Below, piece after piece: positions 20,489 to 31,010 of a DNA stretch of 64,000 bases. Below the pieces are notes generated by a model. The model saw nothing but the letters and a program-made list of their open reading frames with translations. It searched no databases and was not told the origin of the DNA. The stretch is from positions 11,916 through 75,915 of the forward strand of contig SHXR01000007.1 of the NCBI GenBank assembly GCA_009693235.1, written 5' to 3'. The position numbers were made by a program, and so were the translations under genes. Numbering within the stretch: the stretch's first letter is position 1; the number at the start of each line of letters is the position of its first letter. Origin of the DNA: Betaproteobacteria bacterium. GTDB taxonomy: Bacteria; Pseudomonadota; Gammaproteobacteria; Burkholderiales; SG8-39.

Positions 20489-20833
20489 ATGGGAAAGTAC
20501 TACTCTGCAACACGTGATCGACTCGATGATGCGGATAACCTGCAAGTCGGGGCGCTGGCCAAACGCACCGTCATCATCGACGACGATGCGAAGACGGTCT
20601 CACACTTTCACTTCAAACCGGGCGATGAAACCGGCTGGCATAAGCATGAGCACGACTATTTCGTCGTGTATCTCACCGACTGCAAGCTCCTCCATATGCC
20701 GCGCAATGCACCGGATTTGGTGATCGACCACAAGGCACGCGAGAGCCGCCACATCAAGGCAGGCGTGGAGCACCATGTGCGCAGCATCGCGGATTGGGAC
20801 GTGGAGCTGCTGGAAGTGGAATATAAGAAGTGA
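20489..20833 (+). CDS. small cupin domain protein
   Basis: 114-aa ORF behind AAGGAGAG. Cupin motif FKPGDETGWHKHEHDYFVVYL. Confidence 0.7.
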   Translation: MGKYYSATRDRLDDADNLQVGALAKRTVIIDDDAKTVSHFHFKPGDETGWHKHEHDYFVVYLTDCKLLHMPRNAPDLVIDHKARESRHIKAGVEHHVRSIADWDVELLEVEYKK

Positions 20834-20866
20834 GACGTGAAAGGTGAGCGGTGAGGGCAAGACCCC

Positions 20867-20890
20867 AAAAAAGGCTCATGATAATGAGCC
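20867..20890 (-). terminator. intrinsic terminator downstream of the Liv-type SBP pseudogene
   Basis: On the minus strand: GGCTCAT-tatc-ATGAGCC followed by TTTTTT (the A6 run at 20867-20872 on +). Confidence 0.6.
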
Positions 20891-20904
20891 CCCGATCCGC
20901 CTAG

Positions 20905-22169
20905 CTACCGCTTGATCTCACTGAATGGATACTTGAAGTCGCCTGATTTCAGGTTTGGCGGATAGACGATGATCTGCCGCCCCGGCTTCTTGAACTGCTC
21001 CAGATCGCCATCCTGGATGCCCTGGTATTGCACCTGCAATACGCGCGGGGTATCCCATTCGCCGTTCGATCCGAACTTGATCTTGCCCACGATCGTGTCG
21101 AAGGTCATCGTCTTTAGCGCCTGCGCGACCTTGGTCTGATCGGTTGAACCGGCGGCTTTCACCGCATCGTCCAGCACCTGCATCATCGAATAGGCGTACG
21201 GCGGGCCGTAGATGCCAAGGAGATCGACCTTTTCCTGGACCGCGCGCGGACGATATTTCTCGAGGAACGCTTCGATGCCCGCGTAACGCATGGTGGGTTC
21301 GGGTACCCAGTAATCGAACGAAGTGATGCCGTTGAGAAGCGGGCCAATTGCGATTTGAGCGCGGCAAACTGTAGGCCCACCATCCCGCCGCCCAACATGC
21401 GTGTCTTCAGGCGCACTTCGCTGATTGCGCGAACCATACCGGCCGTATCGGATGGATACGAAGCGATGTACACGATATCCGGGTTGGTCGCCTGAATGGC
21501 CCGCACAATCGGCGTGTAGTCGGTGGTGTTCGGCGGATAGGTGCGGTCATACACGACCTTCAATCCGAGCTTCTTCACGTTCTCGCGTGCGCCGCCAAGG
21601 GCCACGGCCGGGTACTCCGCATCGGCGCCCACCATCGCGATCGTCGTCGGTTTCGGATTCATCGACATGGCGACATCCAGAAATCCGCGCGACAACTCGG
21701 GCCCCGGGGTCGGGCCGGTCGGCGTGATCTGGAAATAACGGTCGTACTTGAACTTCTCGTTGGTCCCTAGCGCAAACAACACCATGAACACGAGATTCCC
21801 CTGCATGACGACCGGCATCGCCGGCGCCGCGACATTGGTGCCGTAACCGGAGGTGAGCAGTCCCACTTTGTCGACGTCGAGCAGCTTGTTGTAAATGCTG
21901 GGAACCGTCGATGGATTGCTCTGATCATCGTAGAACACCAGTTCCACCTTGCGACCCAACAGCTCACCCTTAGCGTTGATTTCTTCGGCCCAGATCTGCA
22001 TGGCAATCAACGATGCCTTGCCGTTTGGCGACAAGGGTCCGGTCAGGCTCATGCCAAACCCGATCTTCAAAGGCGCTTGCGCGAAGACTGCACCCATGCC
22101 AATCAGGAGCGCCGAGAGCCCTGCCACTAAGCCGATCCCGAATCGTCGCAATATCTGCATTCCATGCAT
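20905..22169 (-). pseudogene. Liv-type (branched-chain amino acid family) ABC substrate-binding protein, one frameshift
   Basis: N-terminal 300 aa sit in ORF 21183..22169 (signal peptide, PLKIGFGMSLTGPLSPNGK...). The C-terminal part is in ORF 20905..21291 (MRYAGIEAFLEKY...). The frames rejoin as ...LKSQIGPLLNGITSFDYWVPEPTMRYAG if one base is added at 21346-21349. Confidence 0.8.
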
Positions 22170-22217
22170 TGTCGTCCCCTTTGTTTTGTTACTTCGTCGA
22201 ATCAGTAGCCGCTCGCT

Positions 22218-23330
22218 CTAACGTTGCAAATCGCGCGCGTCGATCGGCAACGATATCGGCCGCTTCAACCGCGCCGATAGATCGATCGCCTTGGTGAGCA
22301 TCAGCCGATTATGTGCCTCAGCGGCAGTCGCCGCAGGCGTCGGCAAACCCATCGAGAGGCGCATCAGCCAAGAATTGGTTTCTTCCCGCATCGGCCCATG
22401 CAATTCGCCAAACGCCATGTCTCCGGGCGGATAGCTGCCCATGAAATCGACCAGCCGCGTCTGGTCAGGCGCATAACCCTCGGATTGCGGCGCGCTCACC
22501 GCGAGCACGATGTCGCGATGCGTATCGTCAATCGTGAGGACGCCCTCGGTCCCGACGATGCCCACTTCGAGGCTATACACCGCACCGGGCCAGACCACCG
22601 GCAGCGCCCAGGACATGTTCGCGTTATAGATCGAACCGTCATCGAACGAAATCACCGCGGCGGTGCCATCGATCCCCTTCCAGGTTGGGCCAAGCACTTT
22701 ATCCACCGAGCGCGCATAGACTTCGACCGGCCTTTTCGCCTCCATCATCCACATTACGATGTCGAGCGCATGGGTGCCTGATATCACCATCGGCGAAATA
22801 TCGGCGGGATTGTTAGTGCGCCGGTAGTTATCGATCGCTACCAATCGGTTCATGAATGCGCGCGACGTGACCAGCGTGACATCGCCTAACGCGTTGGTCC
22901 GCACCTTTTCCTTGGCGGCCAGCCAGCGCCGGCGAAACCGTTGCGTGTAACCGACGACCGCATCGACCTTCGCAGCCTCGATGGCGTGCAGAACGCGTGC
23001 CGATTCGCCAAGGTCGGTCGCCAGCGGTTTTTCAATAAGAAGCGAATGACCCCGCTCGACCGCCGCGAGAATCGGTTCGACATGCAGATGCTCATCGGTC
23101 GAGACGATCACCGCATTCACTTCGGGACGCTTGAGTAGCTCGCGATAGTCCGCGGTAACAAAGTCCGCGCGAATGGTCTCTGCAACCAATTTCCCGCGCG
23201 CAGGATTGGTTTCGGCAATACCGATCCAGTCGACCTGTGGATGGCGCGCGGCCACATCGCCGCGAAAAAGACCCACGCGTCCGGCACCGATGATGGCAAG
23301 ACCAATTCGTTTCGGTTGGTTTCTTGGCAT
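22218..23330 (-). CDS. Gfo/Idh/MocA family oxidoreductase
   Basis: From internal ATG 23330: MPRNQPKRIGLAIIGAGRVGLFRG (Rossmann fold) ...VIVSTDEHLHVEPILAAVERGHSLLIEKPLA. Confidence 0.85.
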   Translation of the reverse strand: MPRNQPKRIGLAIIGAGRVGLFRGDVAARHPQVDWIGIAETNPARGKLVAETIRADFVTADYRELLKRPEVNAVIVSTDEHLHVEPILAAVERGHSLLIEKPLATDLGESARVLHAIEAAKVDAVVGYTQRFRRRWLAAKEKVRTNALGDVTLVTSRAFMNRLVAIDNYRRTNNPADISPMVISGTHALDIVMWMMEAKRPVEVYARSVDKVLGPTWKGIDGTAAVISFDDGSIYNANMSWALPVVWPGAVYSLEVGIVGTEGVLTIDDTHRDIVLAVSAPQSEGYAPDQTRLVDFMGSYPPGDMAFGELHGPMREETNSWLMRLSMGLPTPAATAAEAHNRLMLTKAIDLSARLKRPISLPIDARDLQR

Positions 23331-23476
23331 GGTGACAGCCTTAAAGGGGAGAAGGTGCGGGTAGGGCGGCAAAGCAGCGCGACGCGTTACCCACGTAACA
23401 GATCAGGATGGTAGCGCCGGGGCCCAAGCCGGGCAATGCTTGTTTATACTGCCCGTCGTTCCCACTGGAGGTCGCG

Positions 23477-24124
23477 ATGAAACTATACGGATTCTGGCGC
23501 TCGCTCGCGTCGTATCGGGTGCGGGTCGCGCTCAACCTGAAGGGCATCGCGTTCGAAGAAGCGCCGATCAATCTGCTCACCGGCGCCCAACACTCGGACG
23601 ACTATCGCAAGGTCAACCCGCAAGCGGTCATTCCAGCCCTCATCGATGGCGATGGGCCGCCGATTTTTCAATCGATGGCGATTCTCGAGTATCTGGATGA
23701 GAGCCATCCCAATCCGCCGCTCATGCCAAAAGAGATTCGCGCCCGAGCGCGCGTGCGCGGACTGGCGCAAATCGTGGTCGCCGACGCCCATCCGCTGGTG
23801 GTGCCGCGCATCCGCACCTATCTTGAAAAAGACCTGGCCCAGGATGAGCCGACGCGCAACAAGTGGCTGCAACACTGGACTGCGAAGGGTCTGGCAGCCC
23901 TCGAAGCCAACTTGGCAGGCAACCCGGCGACCGGTCGTTACTGTCAAGGCGACATGATTACCATTGCCGACATTTGCGTGGCGAGTCAGGTGGTGGGCGC
24001 AGCATTCTTCAACGTCGACACCAAACCCTACCCGACGGCAGTAAGGATCCTTGGTGAATGTATGAAGCTCGATGCCTTCGCGAAGTCACATCCGCTCAAG
24101 CAACCGGGGGCGCCCGCGGGTTAG
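23477..24124 (+). CDS. maiA: maleylacetoacetate isomerase (zeta-class GST)
   Basis: ATG 23477 behind GGAGG. MKLYGFWRSLASYRVRVALNLKGIAFEEAPINLLTGAQHSDDYRKVNPQAVIPALI...SMAILEYLDESHP is the classic GSTZ/MaiA N-terminus. Confidence 0.85.
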   Translation: MKLYGFWRSLASYRVRVALNLKGIAFEEAPINLLTGAQHSDDYRKVNPQAVIPALIDGDGPPIFQSMAILEYLDESHPNPPLMPKEIRARARVRGLAQIVVADAHPLVVPRIRTYLEKDLAQDEPTRNKWLQHWTAKGLAALEANLAGNPATGRYCQGDMITIADICVASQVVGAAFFNVDTKPYPTAVRILGECMKLDAFAKSHPLKQPGAPAG

Positions 24125-24140
24125 TACTGGACAACGGTAC

Positions 24141-25205
24141 CTACTGCACAAAGGTATTGCACCGCCGTTCAAAAAGCTCGGCGTCAACCTTGATTTGGGG
24201 CCGCGATCGAATGTCACCGGCGCGCAGCAACCGCTCATAGGAGCACGTTCGATTGCGGCCATGTTGCTTTGCATAGTGCAGCGCTTCATCGGCACGTCGA
24301 TAAACGGCGATGGGGCTATCATCGATGCGAATCATCGCGTACCCAATGCTCACCGTAATAGGCCCGATTCCTGGCACCAGCAGCGACTCGACCCGCGTGC
24401 GCAGCCGCTCAAATTCACCGCGCGCGTCGAGTACGCAAACCTGGCGCAAAAGAATGGCGAATTCTTCGCCGCCAAAGCGAAACAGCTGATCGGTCGCATG
24501 ATACGTCGCCTGCATGGTGCGGGCGAAGAGAATGAGCACTTCATCGCCATCCAAGTGCCCAAGGCGATCGTTGATCGATTTGAAGTGTTCGATATCGACG
24601 ACACCAAACCAATGGGTGTGATCGTCCGCGGGCGCTTGTCGCCGATCGTCATCGCGGCGCGCCACCAATAATCGTTCGATCGGTGCACCCAACCGATGAA
24701 ACGCCTCTTCGAACGCCTTTCGATGCAGGAGCCCGGTGAGCGGGTCCTTCTGATTGGCGTCGACGATGGCTAGGTGATGGGCATTGATCTTCAACAAGCC
24801 GGCGAGCAGCTTGGCGTCCGCCAATGACAGTGGCGTCTCGGTATCGATTTCCACCCAGCCGATCGTTTCGTGACCATTGAAAATGGGCTGCATGGTGCGC
24901 ACAAAATAGACCACCGTACTCGTGATCGGCCCGCCGCAATTGCGTTCGAGCAGCGCTTTTTGCTCCGGGAACGTATTGAGGCTTAGCCATGGGTTGCCCG
25001 CGCCACCGGCAGTGTAACGCACGCCGCCCGCATCCCCTTCCATGCCGAGACGGACAGCAAGACCGTCTCGATCACGCAGCAGATGATAAATGCGGACCAG
25101 CCGTGGCCGCAGCACATCGATCAGGACCTTGAGGATCGACGGTTCAAGCCGCTCCATATCTCGATTGGACGCATTGCTCGCCACCGGCTTGATTAGCTTT
25201 GACAT
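24141..25205 (-). CDS. diguanylate cyclase (GGDEF domain) with N-terminal sensory domain
   Basis: 354-aa ORF. DPLTGLLHRKAFEE...VVDIEHFKSINDRLGHLDGDEVL...RFGGEEFAILL, so the GGEEF active site is intact. Confidence 0.85.
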   Translation of the reverse strand: MSKLIKPVASNASNRDMERLEPSILKVLIDVLRPRLVRIYHLLRDRDGLAVRLGMEGDAGGVRYTAGGAGNPWLSLNTFPEQKALLERNCGGPITSTVVYFVRTMQPIFNGHETIGWVEIDTETPLSLADAKLLAGLLKINAHHLAIVDANQKDPLTGLLHRKAFEEAFHRLGAPIERLLVARRDDDRRQAPADDHTHWFGVVDIEHFKSINDRLGHLDGDEVLILFARTMQATYHATDQLFRFGGEEFAILLRQVCVLDARGEFERLRTRVESLLVPGIGPITVSIGYAMIRIDDSPIAVYRRADEALHYAKQHGRNRTCSYERLLRAGDIRSRPQIKVDAELFERRCNTFVQ

Positions 25206-25537
25206 CGTTCGCCCTTGGATTGGCAGGCCGTTGCAATATCGCGTCCGGCGTCGACCACGGGGTATGCAAAAGCGTGTGCCCGCATTACTGCGCCGGTGTG
25301 CCGGGCGTTACGTTGCCGCGCCCTGATGGCAGTCTTTCGGCGGAATCGCAGTGACGATGAAGCGCGGAATTGAGCGAAAGCGGTCAATGTCCCGATCAAC
25401 GGAGCGCCTGACAGGGCATAGTCGCTTTAACGGCTGCTTGGTGCTAACAGCAGGTTGATGAGCTTCAGACGCCGAGCCAATGCGCATGGCGCCATCCGGT
25501 ATAACGAATTAAGCAGTCTCCCACCTTCGATCAACAA

Positions 25538-27593
25538 ATGACTCAATCACACCTAATGGGCTCACCGCGATACGGGCTGGCAAGTGCCTGGACCAACGTC
25601 CTGTCAACACTCGCCATCGCGCTGGCCGCCGGCGGCACCGCCTTCGCAGCCCACGCGACCCCACTGAGCGCGGCCGACCCGATCGTGAAAGCTCGCACCG
25701 CCTTCGCCCATCGTGACCGTGCAACGCTCGCGAACCTTCGCATTAGCACCACAGTGAGCGCACATCCGCTTGCCATGTGGGTCGATTACTGGGAGCTTTT
25801 GCTCAAAATGCACCAGCTGACGCAGGCTGATGTCGAAGCGTTTTACGCACGCTGGCCGGGCACGGCAGTGGAAGACCGGTTGCGCAAAGACTGGGTCATC
25901 CAGCGCACCAAGAGCAATGACGAATCGGTGCTGGCGGGCGAACTACCGCGCGTTCAATACATCGAGGATCGTGATCGCGCGATCGAGTGCTACGCGCTCT
26001 TGCAGCGCCACCGCAATGGCGAGAACGTGACCGAGCGTGCCCGTGATCTATGGTTTGCCCAGCGCGAAGCCGATTATGGTTGCGCGCAGCTTGCCACGAC
26101 GTTGTATCAGGCCGGCCGGTTCACTCGCGAAGAAGTCTGGGCGCGCGCGCATTGCAGCCGAGCAAGGCCGCCGGTATGTTGCACAGCATGCCGTCGGACT
26201 GCATGGGACGGTCAAGTTGGACAGCATCCAACAAGCGTTTCTGCATCCGACCCAATATCTCAATCGCCGCATTCCGAAGCCATCGCCCGACGAAGCAGAA
26301 CTTGCGGTGCTTGCGGTCGTTCGCCTGGCGGCGCGCAATGCACTGGCCGCCGCGCAAGCGCTCGACGACCCGCGCGCCGCGGCTTGGTCGGCGCGCGCCG
26401 TAGCGTCTGCTTGGGCGGTCATCGGCAAGGAAGCCGCCCTCAATGCCCGTCCGCAGGCCTTCGAGTGGTACCAGCGTGCCGCTGCGATAGCAAGCGGTGA
26501 ACCGATCGATGCGACCGCCGACACGCTGGCCTGGAATGTTCGCGCGGCCTTGCGGGCCGACAACACCCCGCAACGCTGGCAGGCGATTGTTGCAGCCGTC
26601 AACGCGATGAGTGAAGCGCAGCGCGATGACCCGACCTGGCACTATTGGAAGGCCCGCGCGTTACAGGCAACGGCCGGTGACGGCGCGGCCGGCAGCGCGC
26701 AGCGTACGGCGGCCAAGCGGCTATTGGAACGGATCGCGACCCGCATTCACTACTACGGCCTGCTCGCCTCGCAAGAACTTGGCCAGCCCCTCTATCTCCC
26801 TGAACCGCCGCCCGCGCTGACGGAAACGGAACGCGCGGAAGCGCAAAACAATCCGGGACTCCAACGCGGCCTCGCTCTGATGCGGGCGCGCCTTCGTGAT
26901 GAAGGCTACACCGAGTGGCGTCATGCGCTCTACGGTATGAACGATCGATCGATTCGCGCGGCCGCGCAAGTGGCTTGCGATGCGGAAATCTGGACGCTTT
27001 GCATGACGACCAGTGAGCGCACCCGGAACGAAATCGACATGGCGCAGCGCTTTCCAACGCCCTATCGCCAACAGGTTGACGCCGCGGCAACCGAGACCGG
27101 CCTCGATCCGGCGCGGCTCTATGCGGTCATCCGACAAGAATCCCATTTCAGCGTCGATGCGCGGTCCATTTCGGGTGCGGCAGGCCTGATGCAGTTGATG
27201 CCGCAGACGGCCCGCTGGGTAGCGTCGCAATTTCGCATTCCGTACAAGCGCGAACACATCCACGACCCGGCTACCAATGTGCGGTTGGGCGCGCGCTATC
27301 TCCAACAGGTCCTCCGCGAATTCGATGGCTCGCATCTGCATGCCGCCGCTGCGTACAACGCCGGCCCGTCGCGCCCGCGCAAGTGGAGTAAAGCAGTCAG
27401 CGACGACACCGCAGTCTGGACAGAGATCATTCCGATCAATGAGACGCGCGACTATGTGAAACATGTGCTCACCAATGCCGCCTACTATGAAGCGTTGATC
27501 GGCAATGGGCTGCCGATGAAACCGCGCCCGAGCGAAGCACCGAGCGTCCCGCGGGGACGCTCGGTGCTATCTGACGGAGACGGCCCGCCGTAA
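25538..27593 (+). pseudogene. slt: soluble lytic murein transglycosylase (Slt70-like), frameshift in a (GC)5 run
   Basis: ORF 25538..26500 carries the signal peptide and superhelical N-domain. ORF 26037..27593 carries the rest, including the SLT lysozyme-like domain (IRQESHFSVDARSISGAAGLMQLMP, AAAYNAGPSRPRKW). The frames join as ...REEVWARARIAAEQGRRY across gcgcgcgcgc at 26141-26150. Confidence 0.8.
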
Positions 27594-27766
27594 GCACGGA
27601 TTCCCGTCACGCCGGAATTTTTGACGGGCTGGCGTCGCACCTTCGCACAGCCGCCGACATCCTCAGCATTTGCACTCCTCTGCGATAATGCGCTCGCGGT
27701 CGCCGTTATCCACGCATGGCACGGTGGGACGGCTTACCCCATTGCGAAACGCCTGCGAGGAACCCT

Positions 27767-28735
27767 ATGCAATCCTACTGGATCGTCCCCGACGGTAAAT
27801 CCATCAAGCTCGAGCTTCGCGAGGCCCCGGTCCCGCAACCGAAGACGGGCGAGTTGCTAGTGAAAGTCGCGGCCTCGTCCTTCAATCGCGGTGAATTGAT
27901 TCCGGGCCATGGCGTCAACGGCGTCACCGCGAAGCCGGGCGGCGGTGAATGCGCGGGGATCGTCGAGAAGGTGGGCGACAATGCGCGCGACTTCCAATCC
28001 GGCCAACGCGTGATGGGGCGCTGCGGCGGCGGATTCTCGGAATACGCGCTCATGGACGCGCGTGAAGCCATGCCCGTTCCGGATCGGCTGTCATGGGAAG
28101 AAGCGGCGGCGACGCCGCTCGTCTTTCTCGTCGTGCATGACATGCTGATCGGCCAAGGCGGCTTGCAGCGGGGCGAGTGGCTATTGGTCACGAGCATTTC
28201 ATCAGGTGTGGGCGTCGCCGCATTGCAGACCGCCAAAGCGCTTGGCGCGAAGGTGATCGGCACCTCCGGTTCCGCTGACAAGCTCGCGAAGCTAAAGTCG
28301 ATGGGCCTTGATGTGGGCATCGAAACCCGCAAAGGAAATTTCTATGACGCGGTAATGGCGGCGACCGACAAGAAAGGCGTCGACCTGATCGTCAACAATG
28401 TGGGCGGCACCGTGTTCGCCGAATGCGTTCGATTATTGGCCTTCGAGGGGCGACTGGCGACGGTGGGCTACCTCGATCACACGATGACGAGCGAAATCGA
28501 CCTCGACGCGCTCCATGCCAAGCGCCTCAAACTGTTTGGCGTGAGCAACAAGCTGCGCAATGCCGCCCAGCGATCCGTCACCGTGCGCGCATTCGAACAA
28601 GACGTGCTGCCCTTTATCGCCAATGGCACGATCAAGCCGGTCATCGATCGCGTTTTCCCGTTCAACGAATTGCCCGCCGCGCTTGCGTATGTGCTGTCGA
28701 ATCAGACGGTCGGTAAGGTCATTGCGCGCACCTAA
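27767..28735 (+). CDS. zinc-binding/quinone oxidoreductase-type MDR dehydrogenase
   Basis: ATG 27767 behind GAGGAA. MQSYWIVPDGKSIKLELREAPVPQPKTGELLVKVAASSFNRGEL...SGVGVAALQTAKALGAKVIGTSGS. Confidence 0.8.
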   Translation: MQSYWIVPDGKSIKLELREAPVPQPKTGELLVKVAASSFNRGELIPGHGVNGVTAKPGGGECAGIVEKVGDNARDFQSGQRVMGRCGGGFSEYALMDAREAMPVPDRLSWEEAAATPLVFLVVHDMLIGQGGLQRGEWLLVTSISSGVGVAALQTAKALGAKVIGTSGSADKLAKLKSMGLDVGIETRKGNFYDAVMAATDKKGVDLIVNNVGGTVFAECVRLLAFEGRLATVGYLDHTMTSEIDLDALHAKRLKLFGVSNKLRNAAQRSVTVRAFEQDVLPFIANGTIKPVIDRVFPFNELPAALAYVLSNQTVGKVIART

Positions 28736-28755
28736 ACCCAACAGACCGAGAGAAC

Positions 28756-29715
28756 ATGAAAATCGTCACGTACAAGCAAGCCGGCACTGAACGCCTCGGA
28801 TTTCTCGCGGGCGAGTCGATCGTCGATCCTCTCCTTGCGCTCCCCACGCAAAGCACCGCTGAACGCGCGTACTTCACCGACTGCACCGCATTCATTCGCG
28901 CCGGTGATACCGCCCGAATGATCGCGGAACGTCTGATCAGGGAAGCGCCCGCGAGCGCCCGCACCGCGATGGCTAGCGCTTCGCTTGGCGCACCGATCCG
29001 CCCCTCCACCATAATTTGCAGCGGCAGCAACTATCGCGACCACAACAGCGAAAAAGCGAATACGCCGATCAGCGGCAAGGAGCCTGAGTTTTTCTTGAAG
29101 ACTGCCGACTGTGTGATCGGGCCGAACGACGCCATCATTCACGACGAGCGGATGAGCAAGAAAATAGATTGCGAAACCGAGCTGGCGGTGGTGATCGGCA
29201 AAGCGGGCCGTTATATTCCAGTCGAGCGTGCGTTAGAGCATGTGTTCGGCTACACCATCGTCAATGACGTCACCGCGCGCGATCGGCAAGTGCGCCGGTC
29301 ACCCGAAGGCTTCACCTGGTATGAGTTGGGTCGCGGCAAAGCATTCGATACCAGTGCACCGATTGGGCCGTGTGTCGTCACCGCCGACGAAATCGGCGAT
29401 CCGCAGAACCTGATGCTGAAGACCCGCATCAACGGCGAGCCGCGCCAAGCGTCCAACTCCGGTAACATGATCTGGACGTGTGCCGATCTCATTCATTTCT
29501 TCTCGACCAATTTCACGCTGAAGCCCGGCATGGTCATCATCACCGGCACGCCCGCCGGTACCGCATGGTCGACCGATGCTGAGTTAGGCGGCAGGTGGCA
29601 AGGGTTGCCGGGTCTGGTGCCGGCGAAAGGCTATTGCCGTCCGGGCGATGTGATCGAGAGCGAAGTCGAGAAAATCGGTGTCCTGCGCAATGTCGTGGCG
29701 GCGTACGCCGGGTAG
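28756..29715 (+). CDS. fumarylacetoacetate hydrolase (FAH) family protein
   Basis: 319-aa ORF. FAH-fold stretches CSGSNYRDH, DCETELAVVIGK, YTIVNDVTARD, GKAFDTSAPIGP and PGMVIITGTPAG. Confidence 0.85.
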   Translation: MKIVTYKQAGTERLGFLAGESIVDPLLALPTQSTAERAYFTDCTAFIRAGDTARMIAERLIREAPASARTAMASASLGAPIRPSTIICSGSNYRDHNSEKANTPISGKEPEFFLKTADCVIGPNDAIIHDERMSKKIDCETELAVVIGKAGRYIPVERALEHVFGYTIVNDVTARDRQVRRSPEGFTWYELGRGKAFDTSAPIGPCVVTADEIGDPQNLMLKTRINGEPRQASNSGNMIWTCADLIHFFSTNFTLKPGMVIITGTPAGTAWSTDAELGGRWQGLPGLVPAKGYCRPGDVIESEVEKIGVLRNVVAAYAG

Positions 29716-29767
29716 ACCCAATGAGAGCGGGCTGCGCTCGCAGTGATCAACGAAGTCTGGAGGCGCC

Positions 29768-30997
29768 ATGAAATTCCACTGGTTTCATCTCATGCCCTAC
29801 CCCGATCTGCCGGACGACTTTCGCCAGCGCTATGCAGGCGTCTGGGTGGATCCGCCGGTCCGTGAGCTTTTTGATCCCAAGCGCGGCCACGCGGCCTACA
29901 ACGATTATCTCGACGAGCTGGAACATGCCGAGCGCGCAGGCTTTGATGGCATTTGCGTGAATGAGCATCATCAGAATGCCTATGGCCTGATGCCCTCGCC
30001 CAATCTGATGGTGGCCGCCTTGGCACGTCGCACCACGCGCGCCAAGCTCGTCATCATGGGCAACTCGCCTGCACTCTATAACCCGCCGATTCGCGTTGCC
30101 GAAGAAATGGCGATGCTTGACGTACTATCGGGCGGTCGCATCGTCTCGGGGTTTCCGGTTGGCACGCCGATGGATACGACGTTCTGCTACGGCGAGAATC
30201 CGGCCACCCTCCGCGAAAAATACCGTGAGGCGGTCGCGCTGATCCTGCGCGCCTGGACTGAGAAAAGGCCCTTCGCGTTCAACGGCAAGTACACGCAGCT
30301 TCGCTATGTGAATGTGTGGCCGCAGCCGATGCAACAGCCGCACCCGCCGATCTGGATTCCGGGCGGCGGCAGCGTCGAGACCTGGGACTGGTGCGTGCAG
30401 AACGATTTTCTGTACGCGTATCTTTCCTACTTCGGCTACAAGGCTGGGCTTGCCACGATGAAGGGATTCTGGGAAGTCGTGGACAAGCTGGGCGTCGCAG
30501 CGAATCCGTATCGCGCGGGCTTTTTGCAGTTCGTCGCGGTCGCCGATTCCGATGCGGAAGCCGAGCGCCTGTACGCAAAGCACGCACTCTATTTTTACAA
30601 TCGCTGCTTGCACATCAGCCCATCGTTCGCGAACCCGCCCGGCTACACCTCCATCGCGACCATGCGCAAAGGCATTGAAGGCCAGGTCGCGCGGGCCGCC
30701 GCCATGTCGCCCGATCTCACCTGGAAAGATATCGTTGAGCGTGGTTATGTCGTCGCGGGTAGCGCAGCGACCGTCGTCGATCGACTCAACGACATGGCCG
30801 ATGCGATGCGGGTCGGGCATTTGATGGTGCTTTGCCACTTTGGCGATATGCCAAAGGACAAGGTCTATCAAAACACCGAACGGTTCGCCCGCGACGTCAT
30901 ACCGAAGCTCAGGCCGCGCTTCAACGAGTGGGAAGACAAGTGGTGGCCGAAAGATGCCCCGCCGGTCCAGGCACCCGCGTCCTTGCAGCCGGCTTGA
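29768..30997 (+). CDS. LLM-class (luciferase-like) flavin-dependent oxidoreductase
   Basis: 409-aa ORF. MKFHWFHLMPYPDLPDDF...GFDGICVNEHHQNAYGLMPSPNLM is the typical N-terminus of long LLM monooxygenases. Confidence 0.85.
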   Translation: MKFHWFHLMPYPDLPDDFRQRYAGVWVDPPVRELFDPKRGHAAYNDYLDELEHAERAGFDGICVNEHHQNAYGLMPSPNLMVAALARRTTRAKLVIMGNSPALYNPPIRVAEEMAMLDVLSGGRIVSGFPVGTPMDTTFCYGENPATLREKYREAVALILRAWTEKRPFAFNGKYTQLRYVNVWPQPMQQPHPPIWIPGGGSVETWDWCVQNDFLYAYLSYFGYKAGLATMKGFWEVVDKLGVAANPYRAGFLQFVAVADSDAEAERLYAKHALYFYNRCLHISPSFANPPGYTSIATMRKGIEGQVARAAAMSPDLTWKDIVERGYVVAGSAATVVDRLNDMADAMRVGHLMVLCHFGDMPKDKVYQNTERFARDVIPKLRPRFNEWEDKWWPKDAPPVQAPASLQPA

Positions 30998-31010
30998 GCA
31001 GAGCGAACGC

